IMG/VR virus record: IMGVR_UViG_3300030098_004828
Location: 62,001 to 126,000 of that record
Direction: 5' to 3' (one strand)
Length of the DNA: 64,000 bases
Shown: positions 23,601 through 32,000 of the stretch, piece after piece
Layout: each line of letters starts with the position of its first letter
Numbering within the stretch: the first letter of the stretch is position 1
Position numbers and translations under genes: made by a program
Notes under the pieces: generated by a model
Seen by the model: the letters and a program-made list of their open reading frames with translations, nothing else
Databases searched by the model: none
Told to the model about the DNA's origin: nothing

Positions 23601-26600
23601 TGCATTTGGTGAACCTAATCAATTTCCTATAAGTGAACAAAGTTTAACTGAAGCAACTGCTGAAAATCTTTATCTACAAGTTGTAAATCCAACAAATAAA
23701 ATGGAAGGTCCTGATCCAAGACAAAAGAAAACAGGTATAACACAAGAACAAGATTTTGTTAATATACATGGAGAAGATATAGAAATTCCTGGATGGGAAG
23801 TTATTAAGGATGGTAAAAAACAACCTATTACAATTAAAGAAGTAAAAGAATTTTATAAGGATAATACCAAAGCACGTGTAACCTTACAGTTTACAGGAAG
23901 AAGAAATTTAATGTTTGACTTAGGAACAGGTAGAGATAAAAATATAATTGAAACAGATATTGATCCTATAAATATAACAGTAAATTGGCGTGCTTTCTTA
24001 GAGTATGCACGTACTTCATTGATGTCTGGTAAAACTCCAGAACAATTTTTAGAATTTTTTGAAACAACTATAAGAGGTCAAAATGCATATGAGTTAAATA
24101 ATCCTTTAACACTTCCTAAATTTGATGAATTGTTTAGAAGCTTCTTTGCTAAAGGAGTATTAGGTGAAAGAGTTCCTGGTCATGGTTTAACTCTTATAGG
24201 AAATGGTAGAAAAGTTGTAAAGCAAGTAGTTGCTCTTGATAAAAATGATCAACCTGTTCACGGTAAGTCTAGAGTTATTAGAGATAAACATTGGAAACTA
24301 CTATATAAAAAAGGAGAAAAAATAGCAGTAGCAGGTATGAATTATGCTAGAGAAAATAAAGTAATAGATGGTAAAAGTGTTTTTGTTGGTGAATTTGATG
24401 GGTTAAAGGTTGGTGATTATTATATAGATGTGTTAAGAACAGACGTTCCTCAGTATATAAAACATAACTCTAATGGTGAATTTATTTCAGATCATAATAA
24501 GTGGGAATTAAGTGGTGAAGTTAGAACAGAAATTATGGTTCCTTTTCATAATCCACATGCTGAAACCATACCTATAGATCAAGAAATTCCAGAGTCTCTT
24601 TCTACAATGTATATGACACGTATTCCTACAGATGATAAAAAATCTCAAGATGTAGGTAAAGTTGTTAATGAACTTCCTGTATATATGGGATCTGTAGTTA
24701 TGGCATCAAATGAGCATATATTTAGATCAGGTGCCGATATGGATAATGATAAAGATTATACTCAAATTTTTGATACATATGTAGATGACAAAGGTGTTAT
24801 ACAAATTTATGGAGATCAATTTCATAGTAAAAAAAGAAAGAGTATAGATAAAAAATATGAAGAATATATTAGAAAAGTTGTAAGTGAAGCAAAGAAAAAG
24901 AATTCTAATATGAGTTATGCTGTTAAAGTATTTAAAGAAAGACTTTCTCAATTTAAACAAGAATCAGGTGTAATATTAAAAACATCAGAAAAATTAGAAC
25001 AAGAATTTGTAGAATGGCTTTCTAATCTTGATAAAGATAGAAAAGTAAAAGGTAAAAGTTTATTTGCTCAACAGCTTTATAATGCAATGAAAAGATTAGA
25101 TGGGGATAATTTAGATATGCTATCAGCAAAACTTAGATTTGCGTCTATGAGAGGATATGAATATGATATAGTTACTGGTAAATTTATAGATTTATTTGAA
25201 GAAGACATACATATTGATAGTGACTCAAGATATAGTGTTATACAAAAGTTTTATAATAATAATAAAATCCTACAAGGTGCTATGACTTTATTGGGTTTAC
25301 CTTTAACAATGGAACAGTTTATTGAATTTGAACTTAATCATGGATCTCCTAATTTAGGAGCATTAAATAATAATATTTTACAAGCTTCTATAGCTCTTTT
25401 ACAACATGAAGGAATGCGTAAATCACAAGAAAATGGTTTACCAGGAATTAAAAATGAACCTACAACAACTAGTCCTTATGATACAGCTTGGAAATATTAT
25501 GAAGATAATTTGCCAGGTTTATTTAAAAGAAGAGATACATCTAATATTAATGTAGATAATATGGATGGAAAAAGTAAAGCTTTTATGACTAATAAAATTG
25601 CAGAAAAAAATGTTGGAGCTGTTGTAACTCCAAAACAAATATTAGATTTATTAGGAGAACATAATGTTGAATTATTTGTAGAAGATTGGCAAGGAAAACC
25701 TTTACCATATATATCTTTTCAAGGTCATACTTTTAATAAACTTAATACTCAGTATATTATAAGAAATGGTAAGGAAGATAAAATAGATGGTGTTAGAACT
25801 GGAACAAATCTAGCTGCAATGATAAATGCAATGACGGATAATGGAACTCATATGCATGCAGGTAAATTTAATATAACTGCTAATCAAGCAGCATTACAAA
25901 CTTTACAAGCTAAGTTAGGAATGGATATGACTACAATACTTACACTTAGTGATAATCCTATACTTGAAAAATATATTATAATGGGAGCTTTCAAACAACC
26001 TGGTGAACCAGGAACAAGAAAATTAGTGGAAGGTCATATGAGTAATTTAGTTAAGAAGTATGGACAAGATATGTTAGATATAGTTGCTGTAACTGTATTA
26101 GATCAGGAAATAATTAATTCACATATTAATAGTCATCCGGATAATAATCCTGCTGAATATGGTTTTGAAATTATTGATCCTTCTAAAAGCTATGGAGAAC
26201 TATTTAAAAAAGATCCTCAATTAGCTTTAACAAGAGCTGCAGAAGAATATTTAATTCTTCAACTTTGGTTAAATACAAATAGAGTTTCAGACAGTGTATC
26301 TAGAACTCAAAAACCATTAAGACTTCTTAAAGGTCCAGGTAGAAATAGTGAAGAAACTTCTTTTATAATGGAAAATATAAAAGAAATGGGTCTAGATCTA
26401 GATACTTCTAAAAAAGGAAATGATAAGTTTAATAAATTAATAGATCCTATAGATAATATGGCATTACCTTTTGATGCTAGAAAAGCTTTTAGAGATTCTA
26501 TTATGAAAACATATTTAGATATATTCTTTCAAATGGAAAAAAGTTTAGCACCTGCTCTTTTAATAACAGAAACTCCATTCTTTAAAAAAGCTACTGATAT

Positions 26601-29049
26601 AATATTAACTCAACTTAAAAATAAAGCAAAGACGAATGAAAGAAAACATAAGATTAAAAAAGATATATTAAGCTATCTTACAGCACGTGCAGTTAGACAA
26701 CATTATTTAAATAATGGAATGATAAAAGAAGCTCAAGATATGACTAATGGAACATTATATGAAACTTTAAAAATATCTGAAACTCAATTAACAGCATCAG
26801 AAGCTTTAGCAAAACTTAGTGAGTATTATAATGGACAAGAAGAATATAACTTTTTTGCTCAAGGTTTTTTAAGTAGTATTGGTGAAAGATCTCCTATGAA
26901 TGCTTCAGGTATGAGTAAAGTCACATCTAATACTTGGACAAAATTAGAAGATAAGACAGTTAGACATATAAGATCTGCATTTATGAAAGCTTATGATAAT
27001 CCAGTTACACATGATTGGATAATGACTTTGTTACATTATGAACTTGTTAAGAATGGGCTTCAATATACTGCTGATACTTTTATTACTGCAATTCCACCAC
27101 AAGCTTTAGAAGAAGTAATTTCAACAATTACTCCTGTACATAATTTCTTTAAACAACTTCAGTTGTCTGATACAAGAGCAGAAAATTTATTAGGAATGAC
27201 TGTACACCAACTATTACAAGATATGACTCTTGGTTATTTAGGAGCAGAAAAAAACAATAGTATACTTAAAGAGTTGTATGGAAAACCTGTAACAGATTTA
27301 GGATCTCCAGATATGGTTGATGTATATGATGATCAAATAACAGAAGAAATGGCAGATGCAAATCCTAATATATTATTTGTATATGAAGATGTACTTAGAG
27401 GTGGAAAACCTTTAAATGCAAGAATAAGATCTAAAGAAAATGTAATGGGTCTTAGAATGAGAAAGCATTATAAAAAAGATGAAAAAAGTCCTTTCTTAGA
27501 TGCTAATGAACAAACATTAATGAAAGATAATTTTGATAAAGATTTAGCTGCTATTAGAGAATTAATGAATGAAACAAAAGAAGATGGATCACCTCTCTAT
27601 GAAAGTATAGTATTCCCAAGTTTTTATTTAATGGGAGATGTGTATTTAGAAAAACAAGAAGTTCAAGAAGAAACAGAAGAAAAAGAAAAGAAGAAAAAAG
27701 AAAAAGCTCCATATAAAGGTAAGTCAGAGAAGGTTTATAAACATATGCGTGAACAAATAAAAAAACAATTTGGTTTTAATATACAATCAGGTAGAGTTGC
27801 TGCCTCTGAAAGTATTAAAGCTAAACGAGCTAAACAATTAAAAGAAGCTGCAATAGCAAAATATCCTAATGAAGGTCTTCTTGTTTTAAGTATGAAAAGT
27901 GGATTAATTCCTGCACAAGATATTAGATCATTAAAAAGAAAAGCAAAAGGAAAAGGTAATAAGAAAGAGGAAAAGAAATTTAAAGCAATGTTGGGTGAAG
28001 CTGTTAAAAAGAATAAAGAACAATGGAAAACTAATTTAACAACATTAAGAGAGGGTGGTGTTAGGATAATAGAAATAGAAGATCCGAATGATGCAAATGC
28101 AACAATCTTAGTTATGGAAGCTCCTCTTTATTATAGAGAATTGGAATATACCTATACAAAAGATGCTAACACAGGTAAGAAGGTTAGAAATCTTTCAGGT
28201 ATTACAACTTATAGATTATTGCAATTTAATGATCCTACAAGACAAGAAGAAGAAATAGAAAACTTTTTTGAATTTGATGCTAGATTAGAAAAGAAAGGTA
28301 TAACAACTCCAAATATTGTCTATGCTACAGAAGCAATATATGAAGCTGTTAAAACTACATTTTCAAATTTACAAAACCCAATGGTAGGAAACGCTTTATT
28401 ATTACCTACTCAAGAGCCTATATACTATGAAACAATAAGAGAAAGACAAGAAGAAATTAAAGAAAGATATGATAGTTTGTTTAATAAAAAGAAAGGTTTT
28501 ATGGGTATTGATATATCAGCACAAGTAGCTAATTTACTTGCAAGTAGAATGGCAGCTATAACTGGAGGAAAAAAACCAGATATTAATAAAGTTCTTACAT
28601 CATCATTACCTCAATCAGCTTTTAAAAATGAAGTAAAAGATGTTCAATACACACAAGAAATAAAAGCTACAAATGAATCTGTAGAAGTAGGTGGTAAAGA
28701 AATTACAAGTCAAACTCCTGCAGAAAAATTATTAATGATGATGGCAAAAGGAGCTATAAAACAACAAGAAATTAAAAAACAATTGCCAAGCTCTACTAAA
28801 AAAAGTGTTACTAAAAAAATTGATCAATCAACTCCTGAAACAAGTAAATATGAAGGAAGATTAAGAGGTATTTGGAAGAGTTTAAGTCAAGATAAAAAAG
28901 AAGCAATTGCTAATGTTTTTGGAGAAGGAGATATAGCAATGACTGAAGTTAGTGAGCAAGAGTTTGTAAATTATTATTTTAGATATAAAAAGTATAACCC
29001 AACCTTTACGTTAAAGGAATTCATTAAAAAAATCAATGAGTGTTACTAG
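11674..29049 (+). CDS. Giant virion-associated RNA polymerase polyprotein (5791 aa)
   Basis: YMTRIPT (about 24610-24630) followed about 35 aa later by GADMDNDK (24730-24753), matching the R.P...DxDxD two-barrel RNAP catalytic loop (DFDID in crAss-like virion RNAPs). Also HEAGH zincin motif, two macro-like segments and N-terminal hydrophobic stretches. Confidence 0.85.
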   Translation: MAEETQIIPEGSGKTGNVFEEGLNVNSTPNDANLDLTSSSVVDNLPYDNTPLHTPGWKNISDVVAEQGEYFAGPPGMNIDPSIWADVGRMDKMLAEHGLGNNNNFYNPLPGQSAGSFNPFAESSGILDPNTLEGRRAKLTQVINNAQQNTPGRNPAYRDPIYYGAKAFNLDRYTSHPAFDRLGFHPFADNDAYYNANSSKWENFQRTWGAFGSMFHEAFTSPWRSIGDFLEGDWNRADYIGASAMEDAMRIGRSTKGGVGGFFNDLFLNFSYTLGIISNVVLEEMALAGITYLSGGTAAPAAGARTVYNVGRIMRTGDKINDARKASQRTLEAMKNYNNVNNFWKFTRGVGRWTMPQTAQFYRRLRTAGSTVDNMNNLGKLRLGAGALYRDLRMANLAWSEAKMEAGLVEMQLRNKKYQEYRRANNGAHPDEEWLNALNVDALNAAQTTIFWNAPFIHLTNQFVFPGLGRGFRGVGRQFDDSLDAVPDAIQRELKKQKPSGMPGKFYDAGKGVSRIKSEGLKGGLTKGANYALRYFGANVGEGAQELYQEAVAVGVEHYYGSLFDMRLSTGLDLQRADMELSAQQGSKLFWDSFQEGANSQMGWNGFKVFMSGFMMGGLARMVQTPVLDWAPNYVNKKWNQAKYDKYEKQKEKFKANALEYLENGRKDPLHVFDKTKINVLNQREANQQMYAASFSGQAMEHYDAKDWAKFEHFETYVSMGKTHHFIDIIDDYLALDNKSFREAFPVETYPDSVAKIRSRLEQNKKEINEMKRKYEERKELYSNPFSEDRFEEGTVLYQQEKLRRLSYDHARKLAMYVDSSFERAVERINNMYKALSSGDLKVLKNIQANELDPLMGKRQLEAELELLNVELTGTLSQKDIKFKTKKKELLTEFSNIIHNPKYQTPKTKVFSKTHMPKLRKAFTDYLNFLAKAKNEFVESKNIDKALNAIVDTQWLEKRSGDLHDAARILMNPKKLEQVADRINFSMRRVWNTMRDKNHQIKEIDKYIRETERMAVLQKLSEEDIYPHPIQTMIYLEQGIKPTLFYNKKGIIDQLNQPEEHKKILSIFNLSDDTSEDGKDAKKENAEEIEKQAKESKEKDEVEKEETDLTVGGTGEVPDEKKKEKEEEVEYEVPKNTDSDSTIVDLVPKNNDKPPASLGKVLSSVNNDTKIQNVLNNKYEQWAANQALEDPNRSIMTQELWEQDETLGGAIKSARKELFKLYAKKVSLKDRQSTPFDTWLKSNAANLEVDDIIEKYPLATSSVQDIMIGDVTAVQPMPEEKLNPSLESIVSDGKKDKTGIWILKSSIELDPDADPKELYTVTDNNKIDLSEKFFHLDPASLDPDGYDTLDEAQRAKDKILKWLGKPEDRDFVFDGIQFRRGMSIVKGEDLNDWKNAEQEDKGNYEWTVMANKKTVENNNNVWIQKKVGNTIEKGDKPIVLEEGDWAADGWVIEFDAKELSQKEKQKTKTKLQKTEPLQFFAITESKGETTYTKIKRHEKLLKSMTPEKQKNLVLRIMRMEDFEEKMKIPVKKLTPLEFETKQPNKRIRKGYVKHRVFLEYDGYDIAELQGIHSSVILDENNKELNPMTMSNKQILETFVMGEHDKARGVTEQEFADTVRNNYKQGYLIMKKIDEYMGENLATEIPFYIEGKKNPVLEDIGITIQAGNIAYSTSVANRSTFDQLEYKSADSKINKDGSKGSQVIYSLYKDKNGDWREAPFDNFDQATTENEDYRDSQLELIENDRKMVDLDIKSLGRYVMVIRDDRGVYTYAALQPREKTSVELEEMFTQLKERHIETLKENYVSVEGTNKRMIKKGKKYTDQGFGMQYNNEFNSNFSETHFIASKTKGDVIVLGVDPYGNINLEYFNRITKHETRVSLNEEEVATASNFLELLNLLNEKWKKTEWAKAYKKVEGTKKAVKDVNRPNFKIQPIDFRISLPRTITTEQLSDVKILIQPEIRKNIRTVLSYTKQSEIDMLTANASSIQYRHSFLKTSSEKKIESDEREAINEPEANKIGTTDSVTTMFTNYLKNGKASNELLDSLSDALVAAQQDMSVYAAQALDIVKKAGLTHHDVKNALDFVYSFKFDSDFVNPITQKVIGTKQDLMEYVHTIALGKKKVTEYTQEELDNMDSVFESIDNLHDVVQAVNKPILQRANQLLKDDNYKVELQAMVDNKLYKSMPGGTSTQKAKQKGPAVSIVNKEKQFNLKAYQKAQEELEQLNNALEDAAFDEAVVRQEYINLKTNKAKNDFIQTLEDTGDFRILENKNKWNRRNVLLELMNQYEADIKGIDPNLAGKFLPEVLKSIDEHDIARRQEFIEFMRENLPQFMVDRIDNLEWNSEKMGALMGAFVIDLKSVGQGLTLDNLVGKVYLSKTSKFDYHEAGHATMRMLMTDEEIATWMATARKNVRAQMRSKEGYKIGENADGSSIIVKNVKQALEHLRLQSYMYSQMSDNLLEKRLYEEDIWDNFQLYKENPKNKKVRKEYKGFFSWLVEMIKKVFKFFTTSYWNSTRSSGLGGPYDSLFEKIDNGKYRTRAIQKNQFTEGFLEGGLSFKYALKPIPTGRPKVLATSKLIEGQEQEVLKQVTEYFPPEEEARYVANIVKIYLELLDKMEGKYIPNKVLLDAVNIVTESLNPKRQIFQDMDPGDYRKIKSQLKKDYAALSSPEAKRALMKSARVALTRHDQFQDAFDEMIMDKDHELEGRTNETSWDEQLQEIGPEKTASRFVRDLIATTVLTDQAGQPLGDKKYGFKWLDDAKTIPAVQPVDYMKAFNALLLAGEGIENHYERFRTIWNQTHYKPDLKAVMVNILNLLGVKPAQLRGNSWMQNVEKNGTAKQQWYLGRIIKAFDTVRVDYYNLIQSDSGNTKGYVNIINAAHKDDASNQLRSATNVYLGLDSKWQGEGKESRKLHRRATGVLNDWNNILSEGKPMTDAKLARKSKEISTRLRERLGIELHPATIENSIINFIELSTEYQKQLFKQQNKLQDSKQFKWQKDDVFFSLETISTLRDANVPHQYLSLLAHSQYLEFDEMSDKEFKSVMNERESGALGRWRRIFRINALYDPNVGHTVFRDMKGNWIYAHQIPTYTIRAMQKWNDLNHLDNLKAKNWFNKNHSYFLQSPDFRAMSKKGMHRTTRLLGGKMTSMKVKDNKLIEMRMKDEAPAKGVSTGEMSPAQIYSSLANMMLKFYNAENQEVTTVVDEDRNGYEFALMTSLLRTRSTSNTFDFGDFPVLDAVIKNKSGQSIINPEFVEMVIRWMIQPQYERIRLENARFNNVNEGIPLTKEIIINYNDFADPTSDLTSIYLQTDLLDIVNIASGIKKIKLPKFVTEAETKDILSGKQTAFLRTAEGQGKIGLFGEGKRAVVESEEGTFVLTYHGFKNSDAFDDINEIKEMFGARILDKKTLTHTEAIKVGNEFWWTDMKVIKNFFSQNQAKKESYKRHLYTIKPLDAYTGMSGSLAEELLQRQALEVNKWFGSHKDENFAEKVAEEDVVVVFGANSLGLHGRGGAGFAMGKQRSLKQIEEVEDGTVGDYAIKGKTGIMQGSKGLGYGLITVSGKPKGRYGGASMTTIEIVNEIKNLYSLAENNPETTFKVLYELEENEKSLNGYTGQELADMFVSAGAIPENIQFNETFADLLYVSKDTGSRSRLMADVNTKLTEDAQTLAQDGVTFKKFREEFQGPNGESLVEIVTNRLQADFDAWHISLRDTGALDLINPMLKKDGLTSNSGKKNKKTKLANKSLGLIPGNATHNLMQIFLNDYFNTKAAMALLFGDEAKVLGGSQDKTKRGPALNYGGDNVSSQVASPENGIPTPVNKFKIWVYDDTVAQDMFMGTEIKTNDAYVLATTFGRRAIAWGLGIGQLAMYPMIDEIESNQEGGMSATRYLGNKETGEEGYKKFGANLASLKLAYMDGSSMLKMTVGSATPEMISHYDGTPMESSIPLWNMMEKMRQWESKNPGQFVLAVPRSAAKMLKVNPANINDAFGEPNQFPISEQSLTEATAENLYLQVVNPTNKMEGPDPRQKKTGITQEQDFVNIHGEDIEIPGWEVIKDGKKQPITIKEVKEFYKDNTKARVTLQFTGRRNLMFDLGTGRDKNIIETDIDPINITVNWRAFLEYARTSLMSGKTPEQFLEFFETTIRGQNAYELNNPLTLPKFDELFRSFFAKGVLGERVPGHGLTLIGNGRKVVKQVVALDKNDQPVHGKSRVIRDKHWKLLYKKGEKIAVAGMNYARENKVIDGKSVFVGEFDGLKVGDYYIDVLRTDVPQYIKHNSNGEFISDHNKWELSGEVRTEIMVPFHNPHAETIPIDQEIPESLSTMYMTRIPTDDKKSQDVGKVVNELPVYMGSVVMASNEHIFRSGADMDNDKDYTQIFDTYVDDKGVIQIYGDQFHSKKRKSIDKKYEEYIRKVVSEAKKKNSNMSYAVKVFKERLSQFKQESGVILKTSEKLEQEFVEWLSNLDKDRKVKGKSLFAQQLYNAMKRLDGDNLDMLSAKLRFASMRGYEYDIVTGKFIDLFEEDIHIDSDSRYSVIQKFYNNNKILQGAMTLLGLPLTMEQFIEFELNHGSPNLGALNNNILQASIALLQHEGMRKSQENGLPGIKNEPTTTSPYDTAWKYYEDNLPGLFKRRDTSNINVDNMDGKSKAFMTNKIAEKNVGAVVTPKQILDLLGEHNVELFVEDWQGKPLPYISFQGHTFNKLNTQYIIRNGKEDKIDGVRTGTNLAAMINAMTDNGTHMHAGKFNITANQAALQTLQAKLGMDMTTILTLSDNPILEKYIIMGAFKQPGEPGTRKLVEGHMSNLVKKYGQDMLDIVAVTVLDQEIINSHINSHPDNNPAEYGFEIIDPSKSYGELFKKDPQLALTRAAEEYLILQLWLNTNRVSDSVSRTQKPLRLLKGPGRNSEETSFIMENIKEMGLDLDTSKKGNDKFNKLIDPIDNMALPFDARKAFRDSIMKTYLDIFFQMEKSLAPALLITETPFFKKATDIILTQLKNKAKTNERKHKIKKDILSYLTARAVRQHYLNNGMIKEAQDMTNGTLYETLKISETQLTASEALAKLSEYYNGQEEYNFFAQGFLSSIGERSPMNASGMSKVTSNTWTKLEDKTVRHIRSAFMKAYDNPVTHDWIMTLLHYELVKNGLQYTADTFITAIPPQALEEVISTITPVHNFFKQLQLSDTRAENLLGMTVHQLLQDMTLGYLGAEKNNSILKELYGKPVTDLGSPDMVDVYDDQITEEMADANPNILFVYEDVLRGGKPLNARIRSKENVMGLRMRKHYKKDEKSPFLDANEQTLMKDNFDKDLAAIRELMNETKEDGSPLYESIVFPSFYLMGDVYLEKQEVQEETEEKEKKKKEKAPYKGKSEKVYKHMREQIKKQFGFNIQSGRVAASESIKAKRAKQLKEAAIAKYPNEGLLVLSMKSGLIPAQDIRSLKRKAKGKGNKKEEKKFKAMLGEAVKKNKEQWKTNLTTLREGGVRIIEIEDPNDANATILVMEAPLYYRELEYTYTKDANTGKKVRNLSGITTYRLLQFNDPTRQEEEIENFFEFDARLEKKGITTPNIVYATEAIYEAVKTTFSNLQNPMVGNALLLPTQEPIYYETIRERQEEIKERYDSLFNKKKGFMGIDISAQVANLLASRMAAITGGKKPDINKVLTSSLPQSAFKNEVKDVQYTQEIKATNESVEVGGKEITSQTPAEKLLMMMAKGAIKQQEIKKQLPSSTKKSVTKKIDQSTPETSKYEGRLRGIWKSLSQDKKEAIANVFGEGDIAMTEVSEQEFVNYYFRYKKYNPTFTLKEFIKKINECY
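24610..24753 (+). other. RNA polymerase catalytic motif region (RIP...GADMDND)
   Basis: Asp triad D4355/D4357/D4359 with the conserved upstream Arg-x-Pro. Confidence 0.85.
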
Positions 29050-29069
29050 ATAATTAGTATATTAGTATT

Positions 29070-32000
29070 ATGGCATGTGTAAATAGAAATACAACAGAAT
29101 ATAAAGTTTTATTAGAGGAATTTAAGAGTCCTATAGCAGTTGACTTATTAGTTGATAATTGGCAAAAGTTTAATAAAAAAAATACAATGCCTACAGTAAG
29201 TGAACTTAAAGATTACAATAATCAAAGAAAGAAACTCTTTAGTTTACAAAAAAGACAGTTTACAGAATCAATTGTTGTAAAGCTATCTGATTTAGGAATT
29301 ATAAAAAAAGATTATAATATTTCAAGGAATGGTGATTTTTCAGGATCAATTGAAGATGGTGGAATGTGGCATGAAGAACTTGATGAAGAATATGTAACAA
29401 TACTAGAAGATCAATTAAGAAATGAAGAGATAGAACCTATGGATTATGATATAGCCTTGGAGCAGGCATATGTTTATAAGTATAGAGGAGCATCTTTAGA
29501 AACTTTAGAGCAAAATAGAAACAGATTAATGTCTTTTTTAGATGCATTTAATCTTCCTTCAGATTTTATAAATGTTAGAGTTAGAAGTTTGGAAGAAAGC
29601 ATGTTTATAGAAAACGAACCTTTAATAAGATATGCTGATGAGATTGCAACAAAAGAAAATAAAAAGATATATAGAAAAAAATTACCTATAAAACTTACAC
29701 GTCCAGCAATTAATATTATTAGGGAGTTAAATAAAAAAGGAAATAAAGCTTTAATTGTAGGTGGTGCTGTAAGAGATTCATTAAGAGGAGTTGAAAATAA
29801 AGATATTGATATTGAAGTATATGGAATTAGTTATGGTAATCTAGAAAACTTGTTATCAAAATATGGTAGAGTTAGTGTGGTTGGAAAATCTTTTGGTGTT
29901 ATTAAATTTGAAGATGAGTCAGGAGTAGAATATGATTTTTCTGTACCAAGAAGAGAAAGCACTAAGGGTGTTGGTCATAAAGATTTTAAAATAGATGTAG
30001 ACCCTAATATGTCACCTGAAGAAGCTGCTAAAAGAAGAGACTTTACATGGAATGCTTTAGCTTATGATCCTATTAAAGAAGAAATACATGATTATTTTGG
30101 TGGTATAAAAGCTATACAAAGAGGTACAATGGAAATTACTTCTGAACAATTTATAGAAGACCCCTTAAGAGTTCTTAGAGCAATGCAGTTTCAATCCAGA
30201 TCCGGAGATAAAATTTCTGCAAAAGATTATGGAATAATGAAACAAATGGTAAGACAGGGAGCATGGGATAACTTACCTAAAGAAAGAATATCTGAAGAGT
30301 TTATGAAGTGGGCATTAAAGGGAAAAAATCCTTCAATGATATTTAACTTCTTAAGAAAAACAAATTTAATGCAAGAGCTTCCTTATATTGGTCTACTAAA
30401 AGGTGTTAAGCAGGATAAAGAATGGCATCCAGAAGGAGATGTAGAAGTTCATACAGGTTATGTTATGGACGCTGCAGTAAAAATAGCTGACAGAGAAGGA
30501 TTAAAAGGAGATGATAGAGCGGTATTAATATTTGCAGCTTTAACACATGATTTTGCTAAACCTCAAACTACAGAAAAAAATTTAATAGAGTATCAAGAAA
30601 AAGAAACAGGGAAGACACAAACAAGAATGGCAATTACTTCTAGGGGTCATGAAAAAGCAGGTGGGCCTTTAGCAAAAGAATTTTTAGAATCAATAGGAAT
30701 TAAAAAATCTATTATAGATAGAGTTGTACCACTTGTTGTAGAACACTTACAACATGTTAGTATAGCAGCATTACCTGAAGAAAAAGGAAAAGTAACTGCA
30801 GTAAAAACATTGGCTAGAAAATTAGAGCCTTCTAATATACAGGAGCTTTTATATTTAATAGAAGCAGATAATTCTGGTAGACCTCCATTACCTAAAGGTC
30901 TTGGTCAAGCTGGTGTTGAATTAAAAAGATTAGCTAAAAATGTAAAAGTTACTACTAAACCTAAAAAAGATTTATTACAAGGAAGAGATCTTATTAGTTT
31001 AGGTATGAAACCAGGTGAACAGTTTTCAGAAGTTTTAAATAAAGCAAGGCGTGCAGAAGATGAAGGTATATTTAATACAGTTGAAGGTGGAAAACTTTGG
31101 GTTAGAAAAAACATATTAAAAGAAGATGTAGAACTTGAAGAAGTTAAACCTATGAATGTTAAAGTTGAAAGCAAAGATGATTCAATGGAAACGGACATGG
31201 AGCCTTTAGCTAATGATAATTATGAATATCTTCCTGAATATGAATTTAATACAAATAGAAATACTTTAGAAGTAGATGATATTATAACAGAAGATATTTC
31301 TAAAGATCTTACCTTTACAAGAACTATAATAAATCATTTAGAAAGAATATTTCCTGATATAAATGTACAATATATAACAGAGTTGGAATATAAAGCAATG
31401 AGACTTGTAGAACAAGATGTTACAAGAGAGTTGTTAGAAGCAGAAGGAATGGAGACAATAAAAGAGGATGAAGTTAAAAGCTTTTTTTATGATGGAACTG
31501 CTTATATAATAAAAGATAGAATTACTGCAGAAACAGCTATAGAAGAAGTATTACATCCATTTGTAAATGCATTAGAGAGTGACAATAAAGCACTATTCAA
31601 TTCTTTATTAAAAGAAGCAAAATTAAATTTTCCTACTTTAAGAGCTCAAATAGAAGGTGTATATACAGATGAAAAAGGTTTTTCTCCTTTAGAAAGAAAC
31701 TTAGAGCTTGTTACACAAGCTTTAACAAGACACTTTAAAAAAGAATATGAAGATACACCAACTACAAATTGGAGATCTAAAATTAAAGATTTAATAACAT
31801 GGTTAGCAGAAACTGTTAAAAACATTTATACTTATATTACAAGTGGTTTTTTAAGTGTAAGCCCAGAACAAATAAGTTCTGCAAATAACTTAACAGATGT
31901 TGCTAAACTTCTTAATACAGAAGGTTTATTAATTAGATTTAAAGGAGGTAAAAAAGATAAAGGTGCCTTTAGATCATTTAAACAATATAGTCTTACTGAG

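Noticed and set aside
29047-29082. TAG read-through or stop-codon reassignment fusing the 5791-aa and 2593-aa genes (known in some Crassvirales)
   Set aside because: The next gene is in a different frame (20-nt gap), an in-frame TAA follows within about 11 codons, and all genes are long and tightly packed under the standard code.
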